This document shows, piece by piece, positions 17,190 through 28,235 of a DNA stretch of 64,000 nt. Position 1 is the first letter of the stretch. Each line of letters starts with the position of its first letter. A program made the position numbers and the translations under genes. The notes below the pieces were generated by a model. It worked only from the letters and a program-made list of their open reading frames with translations. It was not told the DNA's origin and did not search any database. This DNA is from an uncultured Nitrososphaerota archaeon (GTDB lineage: Archaea; Thermoproteota; Nitrososphaeria; Nitrososphaerales; Gagatemarchaeaceae), in contig CAVRAG010000008.1 in the NCBI GenBank assembly GCA_963718895.1, forward strand, positions 1,216,001 through 1,280,000. The letters run 5' to 3'.

Positions 17190-19274
17190 TCATTCGGCCG
17201 TCGAGTAAAGAGTCGTCGCGGTTGACTTGCACTTCTTGCACCTTCCCGAGTCTGGCGGGAGCTTCGCTCCACAGTTCCTGCAGAACGAGACGGGTCTGTG
17301 CACCCTGAAGAACGGGATGCTCGAGGAGGCGGCCAGCATCATCTGGTAGGTTCCCCTGAGATCTGCCGCCGAGGCGTCGAGAATCACCGAGAAGCCCCCA
17401 GCGAGACCTCCGGAGAGCTTCGTGACATACTCGATCTTCTCCTGGTTCTGCAGGTCCTCGGGCGAGAGCCTCGGCGAGAGGGAGTAGCCCTGGCGGCCTC
17501 CCGCCTGTAGGCTGGCCTTGCCGTACTTCTCGGCATCAAGCGCCGCAAGCCTCTGGGCGCCCTCTTCCTCGATTATCGCGACACCGAGCCTCGCGTTCTT
17601 CGCTGATTTCTCCGAGGAGACTTGCGAAGCGGTCTGGATGATCTTCTCGGCAATCGACGACCTGGCCCCCAGGGAAGGGTCCTTCGTCAGGTTCGAGAGG
17701 GCTTCCTCTAGGCCGACGAGGTTCATCACCAGAGGCATGGCGTCTGTGCTCACCCCCTCTGAGCCGAAGCTGAGCGTCGGTAGGAGGCCCTTCTTCATGA
17801 CGCGCTCCAGGACCATCCTCCTTGTGGTGAGCGCGTCGGCCGCCACCCCTATGAGCATTGCCAGCTTCGCCCTGAAGTAGGTCTCATCCTGGTTCGAGTC
17901 GTAGGAGAGCCGCGGCAGGTTGAGGCTGAGGTTGTGGAGGACGCTGACGTGGTCCCCCTGGAGCTCGGCGGGGAGGATGTCGGGGTTGATTCCCAGCGAG
18001 CTTCTCTTCTGGCCGGACGGGAAGAGCGCAATCCTTCCTCCTGCGAAGATCGTGGAAGCCGCGTCCTTCAGGAACCTGTTGTCGTCCTCCTTGAGCTTCG
18101 CCAGCAGTATCCTGACCTCAGGCCTGGGTACCTGGTCAACCAATCCCCTGTATGCTTCGAGGGTGGCGTCGAGCACCTTCTCTATGAGTTCCCTTCCGGT
18201 CTCGTCCTTGACGTACGGGTCGAGCTCTAGCGCGATCATCGGCCTCTGGGAGGAGGGGAGCTGCGAGGAGGCCTGGTCGAGGAACCTGAGGATAGCGTCG
18301 ACGATCTCGTGCTTCGTCTTGGAGCGGGTGAACGGGGCGAGGTACTGGAGGAAGTTCCTGTACACTATCTCGACGGAAGCCTCCCTCCTGATCAGGGAAG
18401 TGATGTTGGATATTATCGTCATGGCGGACTCCAGCCCTTCGGGGCTCGGTATGATTGGGGCGTAGGGGAGCCTGCCCTTCGGGTTGAACCCCGACGCCCT
18501 CACAGAGAGGAGGTCGACGAATATCGTATCCGGCGTCAGCCCCCAGCTTCCCGCGTCGGCGATGTGGATGTCACCAGCCAGATGAGCGTCTGCGACATCG
18601 CGCGGAATCTGCTCCAGGAGGAGGTACTCGGAGAAGACAGACTTACCGGTCTGGTGAAGCAGCGACTCCACGTCGCTCCCGTCGTCTCCGGCCCTCGCCA
18701 GCAGCTGGGTGACGTCGTAGACCGGCAGCCCGAGGCGCGTAAGCTTGTGCCGATACTCCTCGAGGTTGTGCTCGACCAGGAGCGAGTTGACCATCTCGCG
18801 GATGAGCGGTGCGGTCAGATACTGGGTCTGGAACTTGTAGAGCCGCGACTCTGTCTCGCTTGTTATCTTCTGCGCGAGCTCGACGGGCATCCCCGCCTCC
18901 TTGACCAGGGATTGCAGGATCTTGTCGGCGTTGAACTCCTCCATCGCTTGCCGGGACGACCTTACGTAGAGCTTTCCGCTCTCGACCAGGGACTGTTCCT
19001 CGATCTGGCGCGTCAGGTTCAAGACCAGCCGCCCCAGGTTGGTCACGGTGTACTTCCTCTCCTGCCTGTTGAGCTGTATCAGGAGCTGCCTCACGAGCTT
19101 CCTCAGGTGATAAGCGAACTTCCCGGACTCCTTCTTCGACTTGAAACCTGCGAGCGTCTTGAGGGCGCTGTAGGTCAGGGGGCCCTTGACGTTCAGAATC
19201 TTCAGAATCTCCAGTCGCTGAGGTGATGCGATTACACTGTAGATCGTCTTGACTCTTCGCGGTGCTGCTTGCAA
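17190..19274 (-). CDS. HTH + ATP-cone + NrdD-like (anaerobic RNR-related) fusion protein
   Basis: N-terminal wHTH (ESGKFAYHLRKL), ATP cone (EEFNADKI..SLVKEA...LTAPLIRE), AHLAGDIHI, SLNLPRL; C-terminal CRNC..CKKC. Confidence 0.8.
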   Translation of the reverse strand: MQAAPRRVKTIYSVIASPQRLEILKILNVKGPLTYSALKTLAGFKSKKESGKFAYHLRKLVRQLLIQLNRQERKYTVTNLGRLVLNLTRQIEEQSLVESGKLYVRSSRQAMEEFNADKILQSLVKEAGMPVELAQKITSETESRLYKFQTQYLTAPLIREMVNSLLVEHNLEEYRHKLTRLGLPVYDVTQLLARAGDDGSDVESLLHQTGKSVFSEYLLLEQIPRDVADAHLAGDIHIADAGSWGLTPDTIFVDLLSVRASGFNPKGRLPYAPIIPSPEGLESAMTIISNITSLIRREASVEIVYRNFLQYLAPFTRSKTKHEIVDAILRFLDQASSQLPSSQRPMIALELDPYVKDETGRELIEKVLDATLEAYRGLVDQVPRPEVRILLAKLKEDDNRFLKDAASTIFAGGRIALFPSGQKRSSLGINPDILPAELQGDHVSVLHNLSLNLPRLSYDSNQDETYFRAKLAMLIGVAADALTTRRMVLERVMKKGLLPTLSFGSEGVSTDAMPLVMNLVGLEEALSNLTKDPSLGARSSIAEKIIQTASQVSSEKSAKNARLGVAIIEEEGAQRLAALDAEKYGKASLQAGGRQGYSLSPRLSPEDLQNQEKIEYVTKLSGGLAGGFSVILDASAADLRGTYQMMLAASSSIPFFRVHRPVSFCRNCGAKLPPDSGRCKKCKSTATTLYSTAE

Positions 19275-19375
19275 CTCAGCTGTGGCTCTGGGTCAAATGT
19301 ATTTAATCATGCCTCGGGTTCTGGTCAAACAAATTCGACACCTGCGTGGAGCAAGACCCCCCGCGACGCCGGGTC

Positions 19376-20314
19376 TCAGACTCTAGGGAAGAGCTCAGGC
19401 AGGGCTGAGCGCGCCGCTACGCCCAGGCGGGCTGCATCATCTTCCGATATGCCCTCATAGGGCCACCTCAGGCGGGTGAACAACCCCGGCAGCCAGCCTC
19501 CGGCCACCGCCATGCCTTTGTCCGCTGCCATGTTGGGGAATTTCTTCACCGTGATGTACGGTAGAACCTCCTGGGAGAAGAAGCGTTCTATCCTGTGCCC
19601 GAGCTCCAACCCCTCTTCCGGGTTTTGGCGGCAGAGTTCGTACCATCTCTGAGCTCCTCGGGGGCTCAGGCAGGCGACGTTGGAGTAGGCTCCGTGGGCT
19701 CCGCGCTTCAGGCCGGTCGCCAACGTGTGACCTGGAATGAAGACGGAGATGCGGTCGAGCACGGGCCGCATCTCTTCGAACCAGACAGCATCGCCGCCCG
19801 CCACCTTTATTCCGACCACGCCGGGATGGCGTTCCACGATCTCGATCCATTCCGCTGGGACGAGGTTTCGCTTGGCGTGAGGCGGGTTATAGAGGATCAG
19901 CGGAATAGGATCCGCCGCCGCCTCCATGACCTCGAGGAAGCGGTGTATGTCACCCATCGTCGGGGGAAACCAGTCCGGGAGGATGACCTGAAATCCCGAG
20001 GGCTCCCAGTCTCGAGCCCGGCGCAGGCGAGCGAGGGAGAGCTGCGGGCTCATGTGAGAGACCCCAATCTGGAAAGGAAGCCGCAGACGCTCGCATCCCT
20101 CTGCCAGGATCTGGTTCACAGAGTCGAATTCAGATTCCGTCTGGGTGTAGAATTCCCCCGCAGTGCCGTTGGAATAGACGCCGTTGACCCCTGCGGCACC
20201 GAAGTGGCCGATCTCGGTCTCCAGAAGACCATAGTCGATGGATTGATCGGCCCGGATTGGTAGAAGAAGGGTCGCCCAGTTTCCGCGTATCTCCGAAGAG
20301 CGAAGCGGGTTCAA
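19376..20314 (-). CDS. Dihydrodipicolinate synthase-family aldolase
   Basis: NGTAGEFY, LYNPP, VGIK (Schiff-base Lys). Confidence 0.9.
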   Translation of the reverse strand: MNPLRSSEIRGNWATLLLPIRADQSIDYGLLETEIGHFGAAGVNGVYSNGTAGEFYTQTESEFDSVNQILAEGCERLRLPFQIGVSHMSPQLSLARLRRARDWEPSGFQVILPDWFPPTMGDIHRFLEVMEAAADPIPLILYNPPHAKRNLVPAEWIEIVERHPGVVGIKVAGGDAVWFEEMRPVLDRISVFIPGHTLATGLKRGAHGAYSNVACLSPRGAQRWYELCRQNPEEGLELGHRIERFFSQEVLPYITVKKFPNMAADKGMAVAGGWLPGLFTRLRWPYEGISEDDAARLGVAARSALPELFPRV

Positions 20315-20418
20315 GGTTTCGGGCGCCCCGACCCTTCCGGAGATGCGGTCGACCTAGGGAGGATGCCTGCCCCGGTCCCGTTCCATCCCGTCGGGTCCCT
20401 CACGGTCGAAACCCTGTC

Positions 20419-22467
20419 TCAGCCGGTGACCGGGACCGGATCAGGAATCTTCTTGCTCATCAGCTCGAGCTCGCTGGTAGTGTGCGTCCTGCTTCCCTTG
20501 AAGGGCGTGAACAATCGGCCCCCTCCGTGAAGGTACTTCGAAAAGTGCTCGACATAGATCAACCTCGCACCCTGTATCCCGGGCTCGAGTATGCCCAGCA
20601 CGAGGTTGAAGATGTGCCCTGCGACCAGAAGCACGATTCCCCCTATGGCGAAGCCGATGCCGCCTAGCATGAGGCCGGGTTCGGCCGAGGTTCCGACGGC
20701 CTCCTTGTCTATCACATATGCGAGCACGAAGGAGGCCAGGAGTATCCCCAGCAACCTCGTGTACGAGATCATGTGGCTGACGATGGTCGGCAGCTCCACG
20801 AGTGATTGGGGACCCTCGCCGTAGGCGATCAACGCCAATCCCACCACAGCCATCCCGATGTAGACCCCTCCGAGAGGATTGGAGGTGGGGACGATGGTGC
20901 CGTGATGCAGCATCGTCAGTCCGATCAGTGCGATTCCCCAGGCCTCGAACAGCCACCCCAGCTTCGCCACGATGTGCTTCCTCTCTTGCATCCAGTAGCC
21001 GTTGACCATGCCCAGCACCAGCCCGAACGAGACCATGAACAGGCCGATGTATCCCGAGTAGAGTAAAAGCGTCTTCAACCCCCTAGTCGACAGCGGATCG
21101 AGGAACGTCCCGTTCGAGGGGAGGTTCGTGTGTAGGTTGGAGTTGAGGTACGAGAAGAGATACTGATTCAGCTGGAACCCGAAGTATGCGTTGACGAGGA
21201 AGCCCATCACGATCCCGACCATGCAGCCGAGGATCATCGCCATGGATAGTTTCCTGAACTGGGGCGGCTTGAGAATCTTCGACGCGAAGGACCTCAGCGC
21301 CACAGGGATCACCGTCCTTCTGTCCGGATGGTTGACCCTCCTTATGATCCAGACGGAGATCAACAGGATGGCCACCGCATATCCGACGTCCCCCAGCATC
21401 ATCCCGAAGAACACGGGGAATGCGAACGCGAATATTATGCTCGGATCGACCTCGTTCGACAGCGGGACCTGGTAGAACCGGATGAACGATTCGAAGAACT
21501 TCAGCCTCTTCGGGGTCTCCATCAGAGTCGGAGGCTTCGTGTCCTGTTCGATGGTGAAGAACGAGCTCGAGCTGGCGTGGCTTGTGAGTATCTCCTTGAA
21601 CTCCGGGAGGCGCCGGCTTGGCACCCATCCCTCCAGGACGAAGGTGTTGTCGGTGAAACCGAAGTTGTTCAGGACCTCGAGCTTCTTTGCCTCGATGGAG
21701 AGCTGCTCCTCCACGACGGACATGATGCCGTAGTGCTTCTCCGAGAGAGCGCGCAGCTGCGCGTTCGTCTTGACGAGCTCGGCCTCCTTGAGCCTCTTCT
21801 CCTCTCCGAGCGCAACGAGCAGGTCTGCCGGCTTGCCGGTCATCGGAGGGATCGGTTGCAGCCGGAGGTCGGCCTTCTGCACGATTGCGCCGAACTTCTC
21901 CAGGTCCGCCTTAGGAACCACCACCACGAGACGGACGGGGTCGGTCCCTGATGAGTAGGGCATGACGCCCTGCATCGGGGCCAGGTCGGTCAGGAGCTGC
22001 TGGTACGGCTTTGTGGGGAGTACCCCGAAGAACGAGGTCGCGCTCTCCAGGTCCAAGATGCTGAGGTCTCCGTTGATGAACGAGAGGTTCGTGACCAGTT
22101 CCATCCTGTTCCTCAGCTCGTCGAGGCGCAGCGAGAGCTGGTCCTGGGACTGCTTGAGCCGGGAGACTTCGTCGTCAATCCCGATCGATTTCGAGGTCTG
22201 CATGACCTCGGTGAACGACCCGAACCCCCTCTTCTCCGCGACCGTGGTCGGTGGCAGAGCGGCCTTGAGCGACCTTATCCTAAGAAGCTCCTGGGAGACG
22301 CCCCTCGCGTCGTCGGTCTCGAGCTCGGCCCTGAGATAGGCCTGTGACGACTTGGAGAGGGGCTCGATCTGGATGGCACCGAGGTCGTAGAGGATCGAGA
22401 CGACCTTCTGCCTTTCCTCGCGAAGGCCCACCACCGCTATCTTTTCCATCCGGGCGGGCTTCAGCAA
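20419..22467 (-). CDS. atpI: A/V-type ATP synthase subunit I (a)
   Basis: FFGMMLGDVGY, SYTRL, ARLIYVEHFSK. Confidence 0.95.
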   Translation of the reverse strand: MLKPARMEKIAVVGLREERQKVVSILYDLGAIQIEPLSKSSQAYLRAELETDDARGVSQELLRIRSLKAALPPTTVAEKRGFGSFTEVMQTSKSIGIDDEVSRLKQSQDQLSLRLDELRNRMELVTNLSFINGDLSILDLESATSFFGVLPTKPYQQLLTDLAPMQGVMPYSSGTDPVRLVVVVPKADLEKFGAIVQKADLRLQPIPPMTGKPADLLVALGEEKRLKEAELVKTNAQLRALSEKHYGIMSVVEEQLSIEAKKLEVLNNFGFTDNTFVLEGWVPSRRLPEFKEILTSHASSSSFFTIEQDTKPPTLMETPKRLKFFESFIRFYQVPLSNEVDPSIIFAFAFPVFFGMMLGDVGYAVAILLISVWIIRRVNHPDRRTVIPVALRSFASKILKPPQFRKLSMAMILGCMVGIVMGFLVNAYFGFQLNQYLFSYLNSNLHTNLPSNGTFLDPLSTRGLKTLLLYSGYIGLFMVSFGLVLGMVNGYWMQERKHIVAKLGWLFEAWGIALIGLTMLHHGTIVPTSNPLGGVYIGMAVVGLALIAYGEGPQSLVELPTIVSHMISYTRLLGILLASFVLAYVIDKEAVGTSAEPGLMLGGIGFAIGGIVLLVAGHIFNLVLGILEPGIQGARLIYVEHFSKYLHGGGRLFTPFKGSRTHTTSELELMSKKIPDPVPVTG

Positions 22468-22470
22468 CGG

Positions 22471-22809
22471 CTAGTCCTCCTTGAACTCGGATAGCAGGAC
22501 GTCGTCTACGATCTTCCGGAACTCCTTCTTGTCGAGTCTCATCGCGGCGATCTTTTCCACGTCCTTCGCTGCCGTGGACAGGAGCTTCTCTGCCTCGGAC
22601 TGCGCGGCGGATCGCGCAGTCTCTACCGACCTCGCTTCGAAGGCCTCGGCTTCGCCCTTGGCTTCCTCGATGGAACGCGCAGACTCCTCCTCCAGCTTGG
22701 TCAGCTCCTCCTCGAGCGCCTTCCTCCGCGCCGCCAGCTCTGTAGCAGCTGAGACTTCGGTCTCCTTCAGCTTCCTCAGCGTCTCCGCGTAGTCGTTGGA
22801 CGTGGACAT
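22471..22809 (-). CDS. atpH: A/V-type ATP synthase subunit H (G)
   Basis: E/A/K-rich coiled coil immediately upstream of subunit I. Confidence 0.8.
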   Translation of the reverse strand: MSTSNDYAETLRKLKETEVSAATELAARRKALEEELTKLEEESARSIEEAKGEAEAFEARSVETARSAAQSEAEKLLSTAAKDVEKIAAMRLDKKEFRKIVDDVLLSEFKED

Positions 22810-22813
22810 TATC

Positions 22814-23011
22814 TCAAATCATCCCCGCAATCAAGAGAAAGAGCGCCAGTACCGCCGCTACCTTGGCGATGTTGAAGCCAGTCATCACCAGCCGAAGCTT
22901 CCTCTGTTCCCTGTTGACGGAGCCCTGCCGAGTAACTGCCTCTGGGGTCTCCGAGAGATGGCCACGGGCTGGCGTTCCTAGCCTCGGCCCCTGTGGATTC
23001 TCCTCAGACAT
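22814..23011 (-). CDS. Small C-terminally anchored membrane protein within the ATPase operon
   Basis: 65 aa, one C-terminal TM; overlaps the atpD stop and abuts atpH. Confidence 0.6.
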   Translation of the reverse strand: MSEENPQGPRLGTPARGHLSETPEAVTRQGSVNREQRKLRLVMTGFNIAKVAAVLALFLLIAGMI

Positions 23012-23639
23012 GCTCCACTTCCTTCCTCTTGGCCATCTTCCTCTTCACGTTCTTCAGCTTCGTGAAATTCTCCCTCTCCATCTCGTCGAACCTGAGTTTA
23101 ATGTACCTCGCGGTGGCCTCCAAGCGAGGAATCAAGACGTTCTCAATTGCGTTCGAGCGCCTCTTCGTCTTCTCTATCTCAACGAGGAGTTTCCTCAGTG
23201 CGGTCTCCTTCTCGGCTACGTCGAGGACCATCTGGTGGACCTCCTGGAAGGCCTTGATCGACTGGTTGATCGCAACGGGGACCTCGATGAGGTACTCCTG
23301 GCCGGCGCCGCCCGATGCTTCCGTCGAGAGCTCGGGTATCTTTACTCCCATCACGTTCTTGCTCTTCACCGTCAGCTGGTGAATCCGTGGTATGCGCATC
23401 GACTCGTATTCCAGCCTCAACGGGCCGACGAACATCTCAGCGTTGTGGATGCCGTCATAGCCCCTGGCGAGCTTCGCCTGCAGACCGCTCCTCAAGCTGG
23501 CCACCGTCTTACTCATGTTGAAGAACTCGAGGATGAGCGCCGTCCTCTTGAGCTTGAGGAGCTTCAGTCCCTTGCGGGACATCGCGATCCTGCGAACTGT
23601 CCGCAGGTATTCCATTCTTGTAGGCCGGATGTTGCTCAC
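23004..23639 (-). CDS. atpD: A/V-type ATP synthase subunit D
   Basis: PTRME, GLKLLKLKR, TKRRSNAIE, ERENFTKLK. Confidence 0.95.
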   Translation of the reverse strand: MSNIRPTRMEYLRTVRRIAMSRKGLKLLKLKRTALILEFFNMSKTVASLRSGLQAKLARGYDGIHNAEMFVGPLRLEYESMRIPRIHQLTVKSKNVMGVKIPELSTEASGGAGQEYLIEVPVAINQSIKAFQEVHQMVLDVAEKETALRKLLVEIEKTKRRSNAIENVLIPRLEATARYIKLRFDEMERENFTKLKNVKRKMAKRKEVEHV

Positions 23640-23661
23640 GACTGGCAGTGTCTATCGCCGC

Positions 23662-25047
23662 CTACTTCGGAGCCTGTCTTCTCCGGTACTTCTCGATCAG
23701 TTCAGGCTTTATCCTCTTGATCTCGGAATCGGAGAGCGGGGATATCACCTCCCAGCCGAGGTCGAGGGTCTGCTCGATTGACCTGTCCTCGTTCAATCCC
23801 TGCCTCACGAACATCTTCTCGAACCTCTCGGCGACCTTCAGGAACTTCCTGTCGGTCTCGCTGAGCGCCTCCTCGCCGACGATGGCGGAGAGCGCGCGGA
23901 CGTCCTTCCCCTGCGCGTACGAGGCGTAGAGCTGGTCGGCCATCCCGCGATGGTCCTCGCGGGTCCTCTTCGGGCCGATCCCCTGGTTCATCAACCTGGA
24001 GAGGCTCTCGAGGACGTCGATGGGCGGGTAGATGCCGGACCTGTCGAGGTCCCTGCTGACATAGATCTGGCCCTCTGTGATGTAGCCGGTGAGGTCCGGA
24101 ATCGGATGGGTCTTGTCGTCTGCCGGCATGGTCAGAATCGGAATCTGGGTGATCGACCCCTTCCTCCCCTTGATCTTGCCCGCGCGTTCGTAGATGGTGG
24201 CGAGGTCGGTGTACATGTATCCGGGGTATCCTCTCCTCCCTGGGACTTCGCTGCGCGCGGCCGAGATCTCTCTCAGCGCTTCGCAGTAGTTGGTCATGTC
24301 GGTAAGTATGACAAGAACGTGTGACTCACTCTCGTAGGCCAGGTACTCGGCGGTCGTCAGGGCGAGTCTGGGAGTGAGGATCCTCTCCATGGCCGGGTCG
24401 GACGACAGGTTGAGGAAGAGGACCGTCCTCTGCAGCGCGCCCGTCTCCTCGAACTGCCGGATGAAGAAGTTGGCCTCCTCGCTGGTGATGCCCATCGCCG
24501 CGAAGACGACGGAGAAGTTCTCGGATGAGCTCAAGACCTTGGCCTGCCTCGCTATCTGCGCAGCGAGGACGTTGTGGGGGAGACCTGCCGCCGAGAAGAG
24601 CGGGAGCTTCTGTCCCCTGACCAGGGTGTTCATGCCGTCTATGCTCGAGATCCCTGTCTGGATGAACTCTGATGGTTCCTCCCTGCTGTAGGGGTTGATT
24701 CCTGACCCGACGATCTCCACCTTGTGCTTCGCGATGATGCCGGGGCCGCCGTCGCGCGGGTTCCCGAGCCCGTCGAAGGTCCTCCCGAGCATCTCGTCGG
24801 AGACCGAGATGCGGGCCGTCTCGCCGAGGAACCGGACGGACGTCCCCATGGTGCTCAGCCCCAGGGTTGCCCCGAAGACCTGGATCACGGCCAGACCTGC
24901 GCTCGAATCGAGCACCTGGCCGCGGACCCTCTCGCCCAGCGAGTTGGTCACCTCGACCATCTCGCCGTAGGACGCGTTCTGCACCTTGTCCACGAAGAGG
25001 AGAGGCCCTGCGACCTGCGAGACCGTCTTGTAGGAAATGGGTTCCAT
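23662..25047 (-). CDS. atpB: A/V-type ATP synthase subunit B
   Basis: ATG 25047; [38 protein letters not shown]. Confidence 0.97.
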   Translation of the reverse strand: MEPISYKTVSQVAGPLLFVDKVQNASYGEMVEVTNSLGERVRGQVLDSSAGLAVIQVFGATLGLSTMGTSVRFLGETARISVSDEMLGRTFDGLGNPRDGGPGIIAKHKVEIVGSGINPYSREEPSEFIQTGISSIDGMNTLVRGQKLPLFSAAGLPHNVLAAQIARQAKVLSSSENFSVVFAAMGITSEEANFFIRQFEETGALQRTVLFLNLSSDPAMERILTPRLALTTAEYLAYESESHVLVILTDMTNYCEALREISAARSEVPGRRGYPGYMYTDLATIYERAGKIKGRKGSITQIPILTMPADDKTHPIPDLTGYITEGQIYVSRDLDRSGIYPPIDVLESLSRLMNQGIGPKRTREDHRGMADQLYASYAQGKDVRALSAIVGEEALSETDRKFLKVAERFEKMFVRQGLNEDRSIEQTLDLGWEVISPLSDSEIKRIKPELIEKYRRRQAPK

Positions 25048-26813
25048 CAGGCTCTTATCTCCCTTGCGAGTGCGCTGAACTCCTGGTCCAGGGTCCCGTC
25101 TATGTCCTGGACGAAGGTCTCGAACTCGTCCTCCGGCGTCCACTTCATCTTGGCTATCTTGGACTTCACTGGAAAATTCGCTATCTGAGACGCCTGCGCC
25201 CCGGTCTTGATGGCCTCGGCCTCCCTCTTCCCGAAGAAGAGAATCGTCTTCATCATCAGGTACTGTTTCCTGATAGACGAGAAGGTGTCTACGGGGTCAT
25301 AGGCGCTCTGCTGGAGGTAGTCCTCCCTGATCATCTTCGCAATGTCCATCACACCCTTCTCGGACTCGGGGAGAGCGTCGTAGCCCACGAGCTGGACGAT
25401 ATCCTGGAGTTCGGCCTCTTTCTGAAGGATCTCGAGTGCCTCAATCCTCATCTCAGGCCAGTCTTTCGCAACGGTCTTCTGGTACCAGTTCCGGAGATCG
25501 CCGGTGTACAGCGAGTAGCTCGTCAGCCAGTTTATCGAGGGGAAGTGCCTGCGCGCGGCGAGGTTTGCGTCCAGCGCCCAGAACACCCTCGTCACCCGAA
25601 GCGTGTTCTGAGAGACCGGCTCTGAGAAGTCGCCGCCTGGCGGGGAGACCGCACCGACCACGGTCACCGACCCGATGCGCTCCTTGGGTGAGAGGGTGAC
25701 CACCTTGCCCGCCCTCTCGTAGAACTCTGCGAGCCTGCTGCCCAGATATGCGGGGTACCCTTCCTCGCCGGGCATCTCCTCGAGCCTGCCCGAGATTTCC
25801 CTGAGCGCCTCTGCCCACCTGGATGTACTGTCGGCCATGAGGGCGACGTCGTAGCCCATGTCTCTGTAGTATTCAGCAATCGTGATACCGGTGTAGATGC
25901 TTGCCTCCCTGGCGGCGACGGGCATGTTAGACGTGTTCGCGACGAGGACGGTCCGTTCCATGAGAGGCCTCTTCGACCGGGGGTCCTCGAGTTCAGGGAA
26001 CGTCGAGAGGACTTCGGCCATCTCGTTGCCTCTCTCTCCGCATCCCACGTAGACGATCACGGTGGCATCGCTCCACTTGGCAAGCTGCTGCTGCGCGACG
26101 GTCTTCCCGGAGCCGAATGGACCTGGAATCGCCGCGGTTCCGCCCTTTGCGACAGGGAAGAACGTGTCGAAGACGCGCTGACCCGTGAGGAGCGGCGCGT
26201 CAGGCGGGAGCTTCCGGGAAATGGGCCTCGGTATCCTGACCTTCCACTTGTTCGCAAGGAAGACGTCCACCTCTCCGTCAGAGGTCTTTACCCGACCGAT
26301 GGATTCTCTGATGGTGAACTTCCCTTCCTTGATCTCCTTGAGCTCTCCGGTGACGCCCGGAGGTATCATGATCTTGTGAAGGACCGGGGGAGTCTCCTGG
26401 ACCGTGCCGATTATCTCGCCGGGCGAGACCCGGTCGCCCTTCTTCTTGGTGGGTACAAAGTCCCACTTCTTCTTCTCGTCGAGAGGCGGGATGACAAGCC
26501 CCCTGCTGATGAAGTCACCGCTCTGCTCTCTGAGGATGTTGAGGGGCCTCTGGATTCCGTCGTAGATTGAAGTGAGAAGACCGGGGCCCAGCTCGACCGA
26601 GAGGGCTTGACCCGTGTTTATCACCTTGTCTCCCGGCTTTACACCCGTCGTATCCTCGTAGATCTGAATGGTGGCGGTCCCTCCCTCGAGCTTGATGACT
26701 TCTCCGATCAGACCCAGCTCGCCCACTCTGACGACGTCGAACATCTTCGCCCCTTCCGGACCGTCTGATGTTACGACCGGTCCGCTGACTCTGATTATTT
26801 TGGCTTCCTTCAT
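25047..26813 (-). CDS. atpA: A/V-type ATP synthase subunit A
   Basis: GPFGSGKT Walker [21 protein letters not shown]; no intein. Confidence 0.98.
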   Translation of the reverse strand: MKEAKIIRVSGPVVTSDGPEGAKMFDVVRVGELGLIGEVIKLEGGTATIQIYEDTTGVKPGDKVINTGQALSVELGPGLLTSIYDGIQRPLNILREQSGDFISRGLVIPPLDEKKKWDFVPTKKKGDRVSPGEIIGTVQETPPVLHKIMIPPGVTGELKEIKEGKFTIRESIGRVKTSDGEVDVFLANKWKVRIPRPISRKLPPDAPLLTGQRVFDTFFPVAKGGTAAIPGPFGSGKTVAQQQLAKWSDATVIVYVGCGERGNEMAEVLSTFPELEDPRSKRPLMERTVLVANTSNMPVAAREASIYTGITIAEYYRDMGYDVALMADSTSRWAEALREISGRLEEMPGEEGYPAYLGSRLAEFYERAGKVVTLSPKERIGSVTVVGAVSPPGGDFSEPVSQNTLRVTRVFWALDANLAARRHFPSINWLTSYSLYTGDLRNWYQKTVAKDWPEMRIEALEILQKEAELQDIVQLVGYDALPESEKGVMDIAKMIREDYLQQSAYDPVDTFSSIRKQYLMMKTILFFGKREAEAIKTGAQASQIANFPVKSKIAKMKWTPEDEFETFVQDIDGTLDQEFSALAREIRA

Positions 26814-27154
26814 CAGGCGCTCACCTTGAGGTCCACACCGAGTATGCGTCTCGCGAGACTCGCAATCGACTCTTCTGAAACGTCAGCGGTCAGCGACGGC
26901 ATGAAGACCACCAACGGGACTATAGACGACCTGAGCTTCTCCCTCGTCGTCATCGAGAGATCCCTTCGTGCTTCGTCTCCTACCACTATCAGGCTGTAGT
27001 CGCCCGAGTTGAATAGGTCGAGCACCGTCTTCTGGGTCTCGCCCTTGCGGGCGATGAACGCGTCCTGGACGCCGAGAAGCTGATAGCCAAGAACGAGCTC
27101 CCTCTCCCCCACGACCGCGATCTTGCCGCTCTGCGCAGGTGTTCTGGAGCTCAA
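26813..27154 (-). CDS. atpF: A/V-type ATP synthase subunit F
   Basis: [19 protein letters not shown]; RRILGVDL. Confidence 0.9.
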   Translation of the reverse strand: MSSRTPAQSGKIAVVGERELVLGYQLLGVQDAFIARKGETQKTVLDLFNSGDYSLIVVGDEARRDLSMTTREKLRSSIVPLVVFMPSLTADVSEESIASLARRILGVDLKVSA

Positions 27155-27160
27155 TTGTGC

Positions 27161-28225
27161 TCAAACCGCTAAAATTACAGACTTAATGTATTCTTCGGTC
27201 ATGCCATACTGCTTTGCGTAGGTTATTCTGCGGATGTTCTGCCGTTCTATCTCCGCCTGGAAGATGAAGGCGAACACCGATGTGAGCGAGAGCGCCATGG
27301 CATCCAGGCTGGGCAGCGACCTCGCGACGATGAGCTTGTCGATCGCGACCTCGAACTCGTTGAGGTTCTGGTCCAGGCGGTACTTGGCGAAGGCCGGCGA
27401 GAGGTCGAACCACGGCTCGAACCTCTTCACGACGTCTCCGACATCTGCCGAGGAGTACGCCTCGAGGAGACTGGCCTGGCTGACCAGACCGCCGTCGATT
27501 AGGTGCCTGGAGACGGTCTCGCGGTCCAGGTTCAACTCCTTCGACTTTAGTATGCTCAGCAGGTTCTTCTTCGCGATCTCAGACCGGATGTACTCGCGGA
27601 GGACGCCTTCGTCACCCTGGATGAATCTCAACTGCCAGAGCAGCTTGGAGTAGTAGTAATTCTGCAGGGCACCCGAGAAGACCCCGAGGTCCCCCGACTT
27701 TCTGAATTCTCCGAGCTGCTGGAGTAGGACCGCCCCGTATCCGTATCGCACGAGCGAGTTTATCACGCCCTCGATGTCCGGCTGTTCCAGCATCCCGCGG
27801 AGCTCGCTCAGAGGGATGACGTTGGTGGAGACGCCCTCGGGCAGGTTGCGGCGCGGGACCAGGAAAGCCTCCGTCTCCTCCCTGCTCCTGCCCAGGCTCT
27901 TGGCGGCAAGTATGAGTTCGATGTTCTCGATGTCCCATTTCGCGAGGTAGGCCACGAGGATGGTCTTGCCGGAGCTTGGGGTGACCGACAGCGCTATCTT
28001 GTTCAGGTCCGCGATGTGGCTGTTCACGGCGAACTCGATGAGCTCCGGGGGCTTGTGTACCGCCGCGGACTCCTCGATGTCGGCCTTGTACCAGGTGGCT
28101 TCCAGCCTCTGGGCGACCTCGGCCACGTCCTTGGACCACGCGAGCTCGTAGAGCTGGTCGTTCGTGAGGAAGTCTATGGACATCGCCTTCAGTCTTCCGA
28201 AGGCCCCGGAGTAGGATTGCTTCAT
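27161..28225 (-). CDS. atpC: A/V-type ATP synthase subunit C
   Basis: KWDIENI, EIERQNIRRI; operon position. Confidence 0.9.
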   Translation of the reverse strand: MKQSYSGAFGRLKAMSIDFLTNDQLYELAWSKDVAEVAQRLEATWYKADIEESAAVHKPPELIEFAVNSHIADLNKIALSVTPSSGKTILVAYLAKWDIENIELILAAKSLGRSREETEAFLVPRRNLPEGVSTNVIPLSELRGMLEQPDIEGVINSLVRYGYGAVLLQQLGEFRKSGDLGVFSGALQNYYYSKLLWQLRFIQGDEGVLREYIRSEIAKKNLLSILKSKELNLDRETVSRHLIDGGLVSQASLLEAYSSADVGDVVKRFEPWFDLSPAFAKYRLDQNLNEFEVAIDKLIVARSLPSLDAMALSLTSVFAFIFQAEIERQNIRRITYAKQYGMTEEYIKSVILAV

Positions 28226-28235
28226 CCGCGCCTGA

